From Paraspadella gotoi (lineage: Eukaryota; Animalia; Chaetognatha): a DNA stretch of 64,000 nt. Both the position numbers and the translations under genes were made by a program. The stretch is taken from positions 15,759,918 to 15,823,917 of the forward strand of contig CM119269.1 of the NCBI GenBank assembly GCA_051294375.1, given 5' to 3'. This document shows, in pieces, positions 27,369 to 40,384 of the stretch. The notes under the pieces are model-generated. The model was not told where the DNA came from and ran no database searches. It saw only the letters and a program-made list of their open reading frames with translations. The first letter of the stretch is position 1; every line of letters begins with the position of its first letter.

Positions 27369-28640
27369 GAATATGAAGATCGATTGTAGAGACGGACATA
27401 CTAGAGTAGAGATGGCCAAAGGAATTTGTCAAGTGTCTCACCGAGTCACCGTGAACGAAAGACTTTAATAATTAAAGTGAAAGGGAATCATTTTTTGGTG
27501 ATAGGGTAGATGATGGAGAAAAAAGGGCTGGACTTGTCAAATTGAAAATCATGTGGTGATGGAGTTAAAAAAGCTGGAGTTGTGAAATTTAAAATTTGTG
27601 GAGATTGAGTTTCGGAGTCAACAACAGCTGAATGTCACGGATAGAGTCAACAATGGCTGCAGTTGTGATTTTGAAAAGTTGGACAATGAATGTATACTAC
27701 ATGAAATTGAATGTCATGTGATGGAATGTTGCAGACTAGAACGGAGGTAGTCGTGATTTTGAATACTTTTTCGAAGTGAATGTAAATTATAGGAGAGATG
27801 GAATGATAAATTTCTAAAATTTAGAGGAAAGTCATAAAGGATTAATAAAATGACGCAAAATGGTGATAGGAGGTTGTGGAGGTGAAGAAACATTTTAGGA
27901 AGGAGAATTAAAAACGAAACCATGACATTTAATGTCTCGGAGCTTTGACGACAAAGCGATGACGGAATGGGGTTTCCGTGTAGTGATGANNNNNNNNNNN
28001 NNNNNNNNNNNNNNCAGCGAAGAATGAATATGAAGATCGAATTGTAGAGACGGAACAACTTAGAGTAGAGATGGCCAAAGGATTTTGTCAAGTGTCTCAC
28101 GAGTCTACCGTGAACGAAAGACTTAATAATTAAAGTGAAAAGGGAATCTTTTTTTGGTGATAGGGTAGATGATGGAGAAAAAGGCTGGACTTGTCAAATT
28201 GAAATCATGTGGTGATGGAGTTAAAAAAGCTGGAGTTGTGAATTTAAAATTTGGGAGATTGAGTTTCGGAGTCAACAACAGCTGAATGTCACGGATAGAG
28301 TCAACAATGGCTGCAGTTGTGATTTGAAAGTGGACAATGAATGTATACTACATGAATGAATGTCATGTGATGGAATGTTGCAGACTAGAACGGAGGGTAG
28401 TCGTGATTTTGGAATACCTTTTTCGAAGATTGAATGTAAATTATAGGAGAGATGGAATGATAAATTTCTAAAATTAGAGGAAAGTCATAAAGGATTAATA
28501 AAATGACGCAAAATGGTGATAGGAGGTTGTGGAGGTGAAGAAACATTTTAGGAAGGAGAATTAAAAACGAAACCATGACATTTAATGTCTCGGAGCTTTG
28601 ACGACAAGCGATGACGGAATGGGTTTCCGTGTAGTGATGA
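27369..28640 (+). repeat. ~620-bp direct duplication (27369-27989 vs 28026-28640) across a 25-N gap; probable assembly artefact
   Basis: Collinear match from gaatatgaagatcga to ggtttccgtgtagtgatga. Differences are 1-bp indels. Gap at 27990-28014. Confidence 0.9.
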
Positions 28641-28774
28641 CAGGCCTTGGCGAGGGTGACACGCGGTGATGACAAAGGGGAGACTAACGATGGAGCCACC
28701 ATCGGCGCCAAAGTCCTGGCTGACGTTGAAGATGGGTAAACTCGTGATCCTATTGTTAAGCGTGAGGAAGGAGG

Positions 28775-28868
<94 letters not shown>

Positions 28869-29171
28869 GGTCGGAGGAGAAAGGAGTAGGAATGAAGAGT
28901 AAGGAAAGAAGAGAGAAAGAAGTCATCTATCGAAAAGACAAAGTTAAAAAAAAAAACGAATCCTTTTGTGGTCGTAGATGTGGTTGAAACGTGGAGGATC
29001 TCCGACCACGCGGGCATCATCGCTCCTTGCCCCCTTCCTGTGGGGAATGAGGAAACGCGTCATAAAACGAAGTGGAACTAAAATGTTTTTCAAGCATATT
29101 TTACTCGTTTCGCCCGGCGAGTTGTTAGTTGGACCCATGAGTACAGACTTTGAAAGGGGGGTTTAATGGAG

Positions 29172-29250
<79 letters not shown>

Positions 29251-29890
29251 CGAAGCAAAGGAGTTTACGACCTAATTGAATGAGGTCCGCATTTAGGGAT
29301 GGCGTTTTCTACTGCTTCTTCTTCTTCTTCTTCTTCGGCACTATTTGTCAAAAGCGCCCCTTGTCTTTTCCTAATTCGAGAGCTAAATCCTTAACCTAAT
29401 ATCTAAACCGGACCATTTATCTAATCCTTAACCTTAATCTTAAAACCTCCAAATAACTTTAATTCTGAATTTAAGCGGAAATTGAGCGCTTTTGGAAAAG
29501 AATGCTTCAACTTCATTATATTTTCTTGTTTCTTTCCTTTTTTTTTTCTTCAACTTATTTTTCTATAATCACCTTCTTTCTTTCTCTCCTGAATCTCCTT
29601 CCTTTTGTAATTATTCTCTCCTTCCTCTTCCTTCTTTTTCCGACTTCATCTTTCACTTTCCATTAGGCACAAGACAACGAAGTTCCTCTTTTTTCTTTCG
29701 AAAAAGATTTTTTTGCTTCTGGAGATTTTCTATTGACGCTGGTCTGTCGGTCGGTGTGTCTGTCTGAGTGTCTCTCTGTTTGTTTGTCTGTCTGACTCTG
29801 GACTTTATTCTTTGCTCCGGATCTCCGTTAAACAAATTAGAAAAAAATTGCAATGTGTTGAAAACTTTTTAAAATAATTTTGAATAATTT

Positions 29891-30464
29891 TTTGGCAGAT
29901 CTTCTGACAGCTTGTCGGTTCGTCGTTCCCACCCATAAATCATGTCGGTATGTCACTTACATCATCTCAGAATATCGAATTACATGATAAATTATGCAAA
30001 ACTATTGATGTCCGTCCGTCTGTCCGTCCGTCTGTCCGTCCGTCCGTCCGTCCGTCCGTCCGTCCGTCCGTCCGTCCGTCCGTCCGTCCGTCCGTCCGTC
30101 TATCCGTTCAAGGGTAGGATAGTGTTTGATTGAGGTGGAAATAAAGTTTAGATGAAATCGTCCAAGTGGAAATGAGTTTAAATAGAAAAAAACATAAAAT
30201 CTATTTCACTATTTGATTGTGCTTTTTTTCTTTTTATATTAAATGCAAAATAAATTAGTAATTAATTATTAATTATTTTGTAATTCATCAATTTCTTAAT
30301 TAATTTTGTGATCGAGATTGTTGTTTTGTGATTGAGAGGCGAGACAAGGTGGAAAATGATTTTGACGCGAATAAAAAAAATAATATCAATTAATTAATAT
30401 TATCTGATCAGCTTCCTACCGCTAATAATCGTTGGCAGATCCGTCATTGTTTGCTCAAACTTGT
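29891..30464 (+). mobile_element. Shorter, diverged copy of HINE family A
   Basis: Collinear similarity to 37680-38000 (gcagatc...ttgtcggt...cagaa.atcgaa.ta..tgat.aattatgcaaaa...gatgtcc), (GTCC)n at ~30010-30100, and 3' end ggcagatccgtcattgtttgctcaaacttgt (30434-30464). Confidence 0.72.
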
Positions 30465-30592
30465 GACTTCTCAATTGGAAGAATCAATGATTGAACTAAT
30501 TTTTTTATATTCATTAAAATTTAGTTACTATTTGTTCTAATGCGGAAAGGAAAGATAAAAATCTTTTAAAAAAATATCAGATAAAATAAAAT

Positions 30593-30695
30593 ATTGATTT
30601 TTCACAACGAATTTTTATTGTTGTTACAGACAAAGCAAAATTTCTATTCGAAACATGTCTGTAACAATAATAAAAATTCTTTGTGAAAAATCAAT
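30593..30695. repeat. Near-perfect inverted repeat (40-bp arms, 23-nt loop)
   Basis: attgatttttcacaacgaatttttattgttgttacagaca (30593-30632) vs tgtctgtaacaataataaaaattctttgtgaaaaatcaat (30656-30695): 38/40 complementary. Confidence 0.92.
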
Positions 30696-32279
30696 CTTTT
30701 CTAGAAAGAGAGAATTCTCTTAGCTAAATTCAACTAACGAAAAGGAAGGAAAATAAAAAAAATCAATAAATTAGAAAAAAAAAAGATTTTTATTTACTTA
30801 AAAAAAAATTACATATTTCTTCATCTTTATAATTCTGACGGCAGCGTGCGGCGCGGCTCCAAAACGGGCTATTTTTTCTCTTTTTAGTAATAACCCCTTA
30901 AATATGCTTAAATGCGAACATCACTTTTATATATCCAACTATCGCGAAATTTCTGAGGTTTTTTCTTCGCCATAAAATTTAATAGATTTTGAGCCAATTT
31001 TTTTTTTTCGGATAAAAAAAAAATTATCGCCATCTTAAATTTTGAGGGAAAGGCGGTGGTTTGGGTGAAGGGGTGGATGCAGTGGGTAGAAAAGGTGGTC
31101 GGTGTGGGCAGGTGGGTAAAAAGAGGAGGAGAAGATATGGAGAGAGACGCTTTCTCTATGATAGACAGATGAAATGATTTTTGAATATATTTAGTATATA
31201 TATATATATATATATATATATTTAATATATATAGTAAGCTTAAAATGAAATTGGTTTAACAAATAAAAGGATATTCTATCATTTATTATATATGCTATCT
31301 TGCCTGACTTTATACGAGCTTTATAAGATAATATCAGTCTATGAAAATGGTTCAACCAATATAAAAATTATTCATTCATTTTACAAACTAAATCGTCTCT
31401 GACTTTGGACCAGCTATGGTGGAATAATTACTCCATCCCTCTAACAAGATAATAACTGCAGGATTCTGCAAGCTTTCAATCAAGATTCTTTCACAGTCAG
31501 GTTTATTCACGATGTCAGACTATGTCCGATTATATCAGACTAAATATATTAGACTTTATCAGACCTATAACAGACTATATCAGAGCCCCTCGACCAATAC
31601 AAGCGTATGGGTTGGCCAAAAACAACAACAACAACAACAACCACTACAACAACAACACGATTTAGAGACGATTTCATGGAAATGGAAAGAGGTTTGGCGG
31701 ATTGGGAGGGGGGNNNNNNNNNNNNNNNNNNNNNNNNNNNNNNNNNNNNNNNNNNNNNNNNNNNNNNNNNNNNNNNNNNNNNNNNNNNNNNNNNNNNNNN
31801 NNNNNNNNNNNNNNNNNNNNNNNNNNNNNNNNNNNNNNNNNNNNNNNNNNNNNNNNNNNNNNNNNNNNNNNNNNNNNNNNNNNNNNNNNNNNNNNNNNNN
31901 NNNNNNNNNNNNNNNNNNNNNNCGGAGGGTGAGGATCAACGTGCGCTGGACAGGGTAAGGAGATGTGATGCGCAGAAGAGATTATTATCGAGTCGAACTG
32001 AGACGCGGCTCGGTAAGGCGAGGAGAGTAAGGAGGAATGTAAAATCACCTTGAAGATGAAGCGGCGCTAAAATAGGGTGAGGCCGAATCAGACGACCGGC
32101 AGAGATAAGCGGAGAAATTAGATGGAATTGCTTCGCGGTTTGGGTGACGTGAGATGAGAGGAAGTGGAGCGGAGAGGTGAGGTGCTGCAGGGTGAGGCGT
32201 GGCGAGATTGAATCGGTGGTTGATGCAGTTGCTAAGAAGAAGAAGCTGAAGAAGAAGAAGAAGAAGAAGAAGAAGAAGA

Positions 32280-33152
32280 AGAAGAAGAAGAAGAAGAAGA
32301 CAGAAAAGATATGTGTCAGGTTAAAGGCTGAGGAGGTCACCCACTGCGCGTGAAGAGAAGGAGGAAGAGGAGGAGGTGAAGGAGAATCGCTGAGGTGATG
32401 GGGATGAGGAATTGCAAGGATAAACGAGAAGGTACAAGGTGGGGGGAGGAGCAGAAGGGGTAGGAAAGCGATGTATGGAAAGGCTAGGAACAGAACGATA
32501 GGGGAGAGAATGGGGGAGGAGACGTGTTGAAGAAGATGTTGGGAGGAATTTGAAGGAAAGGGAAGGCGAAGAGAGAAGAGGGTGGGAGGGAGGAATGAAG
32601 GGGAGAGAATGGGGGAGGAGATGAACAGCGGAGAGATATGAGGAGGCAGAGGTACACGTGTAGAAGTTGAGACGTGCGCTAAGAAGCTTTAGAATTAAGC
32701 GGATGTGGTTTAGAGTCGGACGAGCTAATTAGTTTGACATAAGGGAATGAATCTTGGCTGTAATAGTCTTTAGTATATATGTAGATGAAAGAATTAACGG
32801 AAAGCAAGCTTGTCTTTTAATTAGAATTTATTTAATTAGAATGATTATTAGGATAAAAAGCTATGAGGCTATAGTTTAAACAGTAGTCTCGCAAATTGTA
32901 CCCGATTGTCACGTGAAATAAAATAGTTAAGTTGACATTAGACATCTGATGAGATAAAATTCATGTGAAGTTTAGAAGCAGTGTTGGAGACTCGAGAGTC
33001 GCTAAGCAACGGACGCGAGTCGCTAAGGCGCTCAAACGGTCGCCCCCGTCAACTGCATGAAAGGATCGACTACAAAAGACCCCATTTATAAATATAAAAG
33101 GAAAAAGAAAAGGACAAAAAGAAATTTCTTTTTCCTTTCTCTCCTATCTCTC

Positions 33153-33202
<50 letters not shown>

Positions 33203-34328
33203 GGGCTGTTTTTATTCGAGCGTGAGTTTGTTAAACTCATTTCTTTCTTTTTCTTTTCGCCCTCTGCCGACGAGGGGCGAATTCAAATAAGTTTGTTCGA
33301 ATATATAAGTTAATTTGAACAAACGCCTTCTTTCCGGTTTCATGCATTCTCTCAATAAACTAAAAATATAATTATTTATTCTAATATTATTATAATATGT
33401 TGATATGGGATAAAATAATATAATTAATTCAAATACGTTTCAATACATATTTTCCTCCGGTGAAAGTTAATTTAATTATATAAACGTGGAGTTAATTTTG
33501 TTATGAAAGCTCCGAAGAGAATTTTCAATAACTTTTTTTTACTCGCTAAAACAAAAGAGCCAGAAATTGTATTTAAAAATTCAATTATTTCTAGAATGTA
33601 AAAACAAATGTATGAATCAATTCATTTCCGAACGCTCAGCTCTCAGCGATGCAAGCGTCAAGCCTCAAGGCGGCGGATTGTCAGAGTTACTAGAATAACG
33701 AATCGAATTTGGTACTGTCTTTTTTTTTTAAGTATCCCGGTTTATGGGAGAGTTATTTCTCAGGAAGATCAACAGATCGACTGATCCGACAAACGTACAA
33801 GCAGACGTAATCAGTGAAGGACCAGCGGCAACGCCGAAAAATCGTTGGCCTCTGTCGAGTGTCGAGAGACAAAGCGCGAATCGAAACGAGGGTCTGACGT
33901 TGGCTTGAGTCACTCGCGAATATTTGAGGCGAAACCGGCCAGGGCTAGGGTTGCCGACGCACGAAGAACACGCCGACGCACGAGGCCGACGCACGAACAC
34001 GCCGACGAGGTGGAGCCAAGAAACCAATGATCAAAGTGAACCCATGAGGGATGATAACTGCAATACTCACGATGCTAACACGATGCTCAAGGCTACACAA
34101 CAATGCATGAATTCCACGCCGACGTATGAGGTCGACAAAGAGGCCGACGCACGACGCCGACGCACGACACCGACGCCGGGAACCGAAGGCGAAACCAGCA
34201 AAGGACCGCGAGGAAATGGCGCGGGGTCGCGGAAGATTGTCGCGGCCTGGAGAGAGAATGGAGGGAGAAGGAAATGAAAAGAGGAAAAGAAAGGAAGAAA
34301 AGAAAAGAAAAGAAAAGAAAAGAAAAGA
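32280..34328 (+). repeat. ~2-kb segment duplicated at ~41197-43300
   Basis: Collinear from (gaa)n-gacagaaaagatat through gctaagaagctttagaatt, gaaggatcgactacaaaagacc and gccgacgcacga repeats to (aaaag)n. Ends at the 25-N gap 34329-34353. Confidence 0.9.
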
Positions 34329-34359
34329 NNNNNNNNNNNNNNNNNNNNNNNNNAAACAG

Positions 34360-37300
34360 AGAGAGTACCACTGACGGCAAGAGATTCTTCTAAGGGATCT
34401 TGTGCATTCTACAGTGGCGCCACACTGGGCTCTATTATGATGTTTTCACTTTAAGATCCGTGTCACAATATTATTTTTTTAGTCTTCTTAATCGCATATT
34501 ACACCCTCCGCACTTAAAGCCCCGCCTCCCCATATTTTCTTAGTACTAAGACACATTTTCTTCTTTTGACACATGTGTGCCCACTGCCAAAGATCCTTCT
34601 AAAGGGATTTCTGTGACACCAGTGGCGCCGCACACGTGTACAAATATTTTGTTTCTTAATCCCCATATTTAACCCCGCATTAAAACGCCAGCCTTCCCCC
34701 ATATTTTCTTTCGATACAAAGACAATTTTTCTTCTTTGTGACACAGTGTGGCGCCCACTGACCAGAGATTCTCTAAGGGATCTGTGACACACCAGTGGCG
34801 CCCAAGTGCACAAATAATATTTTTTTTGTTTCTTAATCCCCATATAACCCCGCACTTAAAAGCCCCAGCCTCCCATATTTTTCTTTTAGATACAAAGACA
34901 ATTTTTCTTACTTTGTGACACAGTGTGGCGGCCCACTGACCAAGAGATTCTCTAAAGGGTCTGGACAACCCAGTTGCGCCCACACCGTGTCACAAATAAT
35001 ATTTTTTTGTTTCTTAATCCCATATTTAACCCCGCACTTAAAGAGCCCAGCCTTCCCCATATTTTTCTTTTAGATACAAAGACATTTTTCTTCTTTGGTG
35101 ACACAGTGTGGCGCCCACGACCCAAGAAGATTCTCTAAGGGATCTGTTGACACCCAGTGGCCGCCACACCGGTGTCACAAATAATATTTTTTTGTTTCTT
35201 ATCCCCATATTTAAACCCCGCACTTAAAGCCCTCAGCCTTCCCCATATTTTCTTTAGATACAAAGACAATTTTTTCTTCTTGTGACACAAGTGGTGGCGC
35301 CCACTGACCAAGAGATCTCTAAGGGATCTGTGACACCCGCAGTGGCGCCCACACCGTGCACAATAATATTTTTTTGTTTCTTTAATCCCCATTAATTTAA
35401 CCCCCGTCGTACTTAAAAGCCCAGCCTTTCCCCGATCACTTTTATTCTTTAGATACAAAGACAATTAGTGTCTTTGTGACACAGTGTGGCGGCCACTGAA
35501 CCAAGAATTCTCTAAGGGAGTCTTGTGACCACCCAGTGGCGACACACACTACCTTGTCCCACAATAATGATTTTTTGTTTCTTAATCCCCATATTAACCC
35601 CCGCACTTAAAAGCCCAGCCTTCCCCAATTTTTCTTTAATACAAAGACAATTTTTTCTTCTTTGTGACACGTGTGGCGCCCACTGAACCAAGAGAATCCT
35701 AAGGGATCTGTGACAACCCAGTGCGCCCAAACGTGTCACAAATAATATTTTTTTTGTTTTCTTAATCCCCATATTTTTACCCCCGCACTAAAGCCCCAGC
35801 CTTCCCCATAGTATTTTTCTTTAGAATCAAAGACAATTTTCTTCTTTGTGGACACAGTGTTGGCGCCCTACTGACCAAGAGATTCTCTAAGGGATCTGTG
35901 ACCACCCAAGTGGCGCCCACACCGTGTCAACAAATATATTTTTTTTGTTCTTATCCCATAATTTAACTCCCCAGCACTTAAAAGCCCCAGCCTTCCCATA
36001 TTTTTCTTTAGATACAAGACAATTTTTCTTCTTTGTGACACAGTTGTGGCGCCCACTGACCAGAGTTCTCTAAGTGATCTTGACACCCCAGTGGCGCCAC
36101 ACGTGTCACAAATAATATTTTTCTTGTTTCTTAATCCGCCATATTTAACCCCCGCACTTAAAGCCCCAGCCTTCCCCATATTTTTCTTTAGATACAAAGA
36201 CAATTTTCTTCTTTGTGACAGCAGTGTGGCGCCCACTGACCAAGAGATTCTCTAAGGGATCTGTGACACCCAGTGGCGCGCGCCACACCGTGTCCACCAA
36301 ATAATATTTTTTTGTTTCTTAATCGCCCATATTTAAAACCCCGCAACTTAAAAGCCCCAGCCTTCCCCATATTTTTCTTTAGATACAAAGACAATTTTCT
36401 TCTTGTGACACAGTGTGGGCGCCCACTGGCCAAGAGATTCCTCTAAGGGATCTGTGACACCCAGTGGCGGCCCACACGGTGTCACAAATAATATTTTTTT
36501 GTTTCTTAATTCCCCATATTTAAACCCCCGCACTTAAAAGCCCCAGCCTTCCCATATTTTTCTTTAGATACAAAGACAATTTCTTTACTTTTGACACAGT
36601 GTGGCCGCCCACTGACCAAGAGATTCTCTAAGGGATCTGTGACACCCAGTGGCGCCCACACCGGTGTCACAAATAATATTTTTTTTGTTTCTTAATACCA
36701 TATTTAAACACCGTCCGCACTTAAAAGCCCAGCCTTCCCCATATTTCTTTAGACTACAAAAGACAATTTTTCTTCTTTGTGACACAGTGTGGGCGGCCGC
36801 ACTGACCATAGAGATTCTCCTAAGGGATCTGTGACACCCAGTGGCGCCCACATTCCGGTGTCACAAATAATAATTTTTTTGTTTCTTTATCCCATATTAA
36901 CCCCGCACTAAAAAGCCCCAGCCTTCCCCATATTTTTCTTTAGATACAAAGACAATTTTTCTTCTTTTGTGACACAGTGTGGCGCCCATCTGAACCAAGA
37001 GAATTCTCTAGAGGGATCTGGTGACACCCAGTGGCGCCCACACCGTGTCACAAATAATATTTTTTTCTGTTCTTAATCCCCATATTTAACCCGCACTTAA
37101 AAGCCCCAGCCTTCCCCATATTTTTTCTTAGAAATACAAAGACAATTTTTCTTCTTTGTGACAAGTGTGGCGCCCACTGAACCAGAGATTCTCTAAGGGA
37201 TCTGTGACAAACCCAGTGGCGCACACCGTGTCACAAAAAATTTTTTTGTTTCTTAATCCCCATATTTTAACCCGCACTTAAAGCCCAGCGCTTCCCCCAT

Positions 37301-37430
37301 ATTTTTCTTTAGTACAAAGACAATTTTTCTTCTTGTGACACAGTGTGGCGCCCACTGACCCAAGAGATTCTCTAAGGATACAGATGGCGCCACACCGTGT
37401 CACAAATAATATTCTTGTTTCTTAATCCCT
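34360..37430 (+). repeat. Tandem satellite array, ~185-bp unit, ~17 copies
   Basis: Marker gagattctctaaggga recurs at about 34381, 34591, 34766, 34944, 35128, 35312, 35505, 35691, 35880, 36062, 36244, 36433, 36621, 36811, 36999, 37185 and 37365. Copies differ mainly by 1-bp indels. Confidence 0.95.
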
Positions 37431-37879
37431 TTTTAACATAAATATTTTTTGTATCTTCATAAAAATGGGGAAGGCTGGGGCCTTTTTAGTGCGGGGGTTA
37501 AAAATGGGGATAACAAACCAAAAATATCAATTGTTACACGATGTGACACGATGTGACACGATGTGACAGCGATGTGAAACACTATGTGACATGCTGTGAC
37601 ATGATATGACAAGAGTGACAAAGATGTTACATGATGTGACATATGTGTCACTGGGCATTAAGATTAGTCCGTATCTGCTTATCAGCAGATCCCGACTCTC
37701 ATAATTCACGTTGTCGGTCCGTCGCCGCCCCCTCAATATTGTCGGGGCACACAACGTATATCATCGTCAGAACATCGAAGTATGATTAATTATGCAAAAA
37801 AACGATGTCCTCCGTTCCGTCTGTCTGTCTGTCCCGTCCGTCCGTCCTTCACACCTTAAGCAAAAAACTCTAATTACTT

Positions 37880-38381
37880 CGTGATTGGATGGATGATTGG
37901 TATGAATTTTGTGTGTGGAGGAAACTGTGTGATTGAGATGGATATGAAGTGTTGGAGGGAATCGTGCGAGTGGGAAAATTGGATAAATGGAAAAACAAAA
38001 AAAAATATATTTCATCTATTTGAACGCCAAGCTCATAGTGATAGAGCAAATTGACTTGAAATTTTGTATGTTGGTTAGGAAAGTGTGTGATTGAAGCTGG
38101 ATATAAAGTTCGAGGAATCAATGCGAGTGGAAACGAGTTAAAATGGAAAAACAAAAGTATTTTACTTAAATTTACTCATAATTATTATTTTTCATTAAAA
38201 TTGAATAGATAAATGGAAATTAAATTTTGTGTGTGGGTAGGAAAGTTAATGTGATAAAACTGGATATTAAATTTTTTTGATGGAATCGTAGGAGTGGAAA
38301 AGAGTTCAAATTAGAAACGCAAAAGACACATTTATTTGAATTGTTTTAAAGTTCTCTCTCTCTCTATCTCTCTCTGATTGA

Positions 38382-38416
<35 letters not shown>

Positions 38417-39890
38417 TGCTTTGATGATTGATTGATTGATTGATTGACCAAATTATGCATTGACAATATCCCGTTGACCAATCTTAAAAGTTGACATCAA
38501 ATATGCCAAGTTGACCCCAAATTCTGCAAGTTGATCAAGTTCTGCAAGTGACCAAATTATGCCTGTTGACCAAATTATGCCCAGTTACCAAATTAGGCCA
38601 GTTGGATAAAATTATGCCAGATGACCAAATTATGGCCGGTTTGACCAAAATTAATCTAATTGAATTCAAATTATGTCAGTTGAACCAAATTATGTCAGTA
38701 GACCAAATTATGTCAGTTAACCAAATTATGTCAGTTGACCAATTAATGCAAGTTGATTTAAATTATGCAAGTTGAACCAAGTTAAGCTTATTACCACTTA
38801 ATTATCGAATTGACCTGGAATTTGTATGTGCGTAGAAAAGTTGTTGGTGATTGAACAGGAAACCAGTTTCGATGGAATCTTTTCATGGAAAGGAGTTAAA
38901 TGAAAAAAAACAAAAAAACCTGTTTCACTAATTGAATAATTGATTCTTTTTCCCTTTTATATTAAATGTATATTGCAGGATGTATTAATAAATCAAATAA
39001 TTAATCAGTTAATTAATCAATTGTCAAGTAATTATCAATAATTAATTAATCAGTCAATCATTAAAAGCAAAAAGCTCCAATAACTCGTGGATTGCTGGTT
39101 GGATTGGAATGAAATTTTGTGTGTGGGTAGGAAATGGTGTGATAAAGCTGGATATAAAGTTTGACGGAATTGTGTGAGTGGAAATGAGTTTAAGTGGAAA
39201 AACATAAGTCGCATTTACTACAATTTAACTTAATTTTTAATCATAAGTACTCTAATTAATCAATATTGGATGGATACGATTGAGGTTCAAATTTTTTGTG
39301 TGGGTAGAAAAATGTGTACCGATGCTTGAGTATAAAGTTTTCGGTGGAAACGTAGGAAGTGGAAATGAGTTTAATATGAAAAAAAATATGAGTCACAATT
39401 TACTTGAAATCTTTTTTACTTATTTTAACCCATAATAAATGAGCATAAGGATCGTTGCATTGCAAAGAGAGAGAGAGAGATAGAGGAGAGAGAGAGAGAG
39501 AGAGTCCGATATAAAAAAATTACGAAATAAAAAAGTTGTTACTTTTTACTCACTGAATTAAAAATACTTAAAATAACTTACAAAATACATAAATTGATAA
39601 AATTATTAATTTCCGATAACATTGTTAATCACAATGCAATATATCTATGTAGGCGGGCCAAAATTGACACTTTTTAATAACTTTAGTTCTCCCTCAAAAA
39701 AATTTATTTTTTTCTTCTACTACTAAATCAATTTTCAATGTAATCGTTTTTGAATTAGTTTTCATTGGGTTGTTGCATCTGAAGCTTTTAACATATTTTA
39801 TTCATATTAATAATTATATAAAAGTTTTGGACGGAATTGTGCCGTGGAAATGAGTTTAGAGAGAAAAACATAAGTCACATTATTTGAATC
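37880..39890 (+). repeat. Degenerate central repeats within the HINE
   Basis: Motif gaaattttgtgtgtgggtaggaaa...gctggatataaagtt...ggaatcgtg.gagtggaaatgagtt recurs at about 37900, 38058, 38222, 38818, 39110, 39290 and 39820. Confidence 0.8.
38445..38785 (+). repeat. ~20-bp minisatellite (gttgaccaaattatgyca)
   Basis: More than 12 visible degenerate copies, preceded by (gatt)n at ~38375-38445. Confidence 0.85.
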
Positions 39891-40384
39891 TTTCATATTA
39901 ATGATTACTAATAATGTTTAATTAATTAATTACTTAATTAATTAATGGGAAAAATGATGCAAGCTAAAAAAAATGTTAAAAAGCATAAAGATCGTCGCAT
40001 TTGCATAAAATAAGAGAGAGAGAGAAATAGAGAGATAGAGAGATAGAGAGATAGAGAGCTGAGAGATAGAGAGATAGAGAGAATAGAAGAGATAGGAGAT
40101 AGAGAGATAGAGAGATAGGAGAGATAGTGAGAGGAGAGAGAGAGAGAGAAGGAGGCATAAAATCAGAGGATAATTTGTTTGTTTTTGATAAAATGTACAC
40201 AAACATATTTAATAACTTCGCTAACCCAATTTTAAGGACATCGATGATGATAAGTTGAATATAAATTTAAAATAATATTACATAATTAAAAATTAATTAA
40301 TTAATTAATAATCGATTAATAATTAATTAATAATTATCAATAGCAATCCGACATGTTTGGCTCCAAACTTGTTTATTTAGTAAT

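Larger units (their letters stand above)
37666..40372 (+). mobile_element. Non-autonomous Helentron/DINE-1-like element (HINE), family A, apparently complete
   Basis: 5' subterminal inverted pair agtccgtatctgct/agcagatcccgact (37666-37696); GTCY microsatellite (~37807-37847); central degenerate tandem repeats; 3' subTIR agca(g)atccgac (40342-40352); hairpin gtttgg-ct-ccaaac; terminal ttgt; T-rich insertion site with no TSD. Confidence 0.75.

Noticed and set aside
33650-34277. GC-rich stretch with acceptor-like ttctcAG (~33762) and gccgacgcacga repeats, considered as an exon
   Set aside because: No frame stays open in both duplicate copies and no recognisable protein emerges. The sequence is too indel-rich to call.
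34360-37430. CRISPR-like array or repeat-encoded proteins (minus-strand ORFs such as MGATGCHRSLRES...)
   Set aside because: Units are full-length tandem copies with no unique spacers, there are no cas genes, and the context is eukaryotic. The ORFs are out-of-phase translations of satellite DNA.
38548-38775. ORF with repeated DQIMSV / TKLC motifs
   Set aside because: Translation of the ~20-bp minisatellite inside the HINE.
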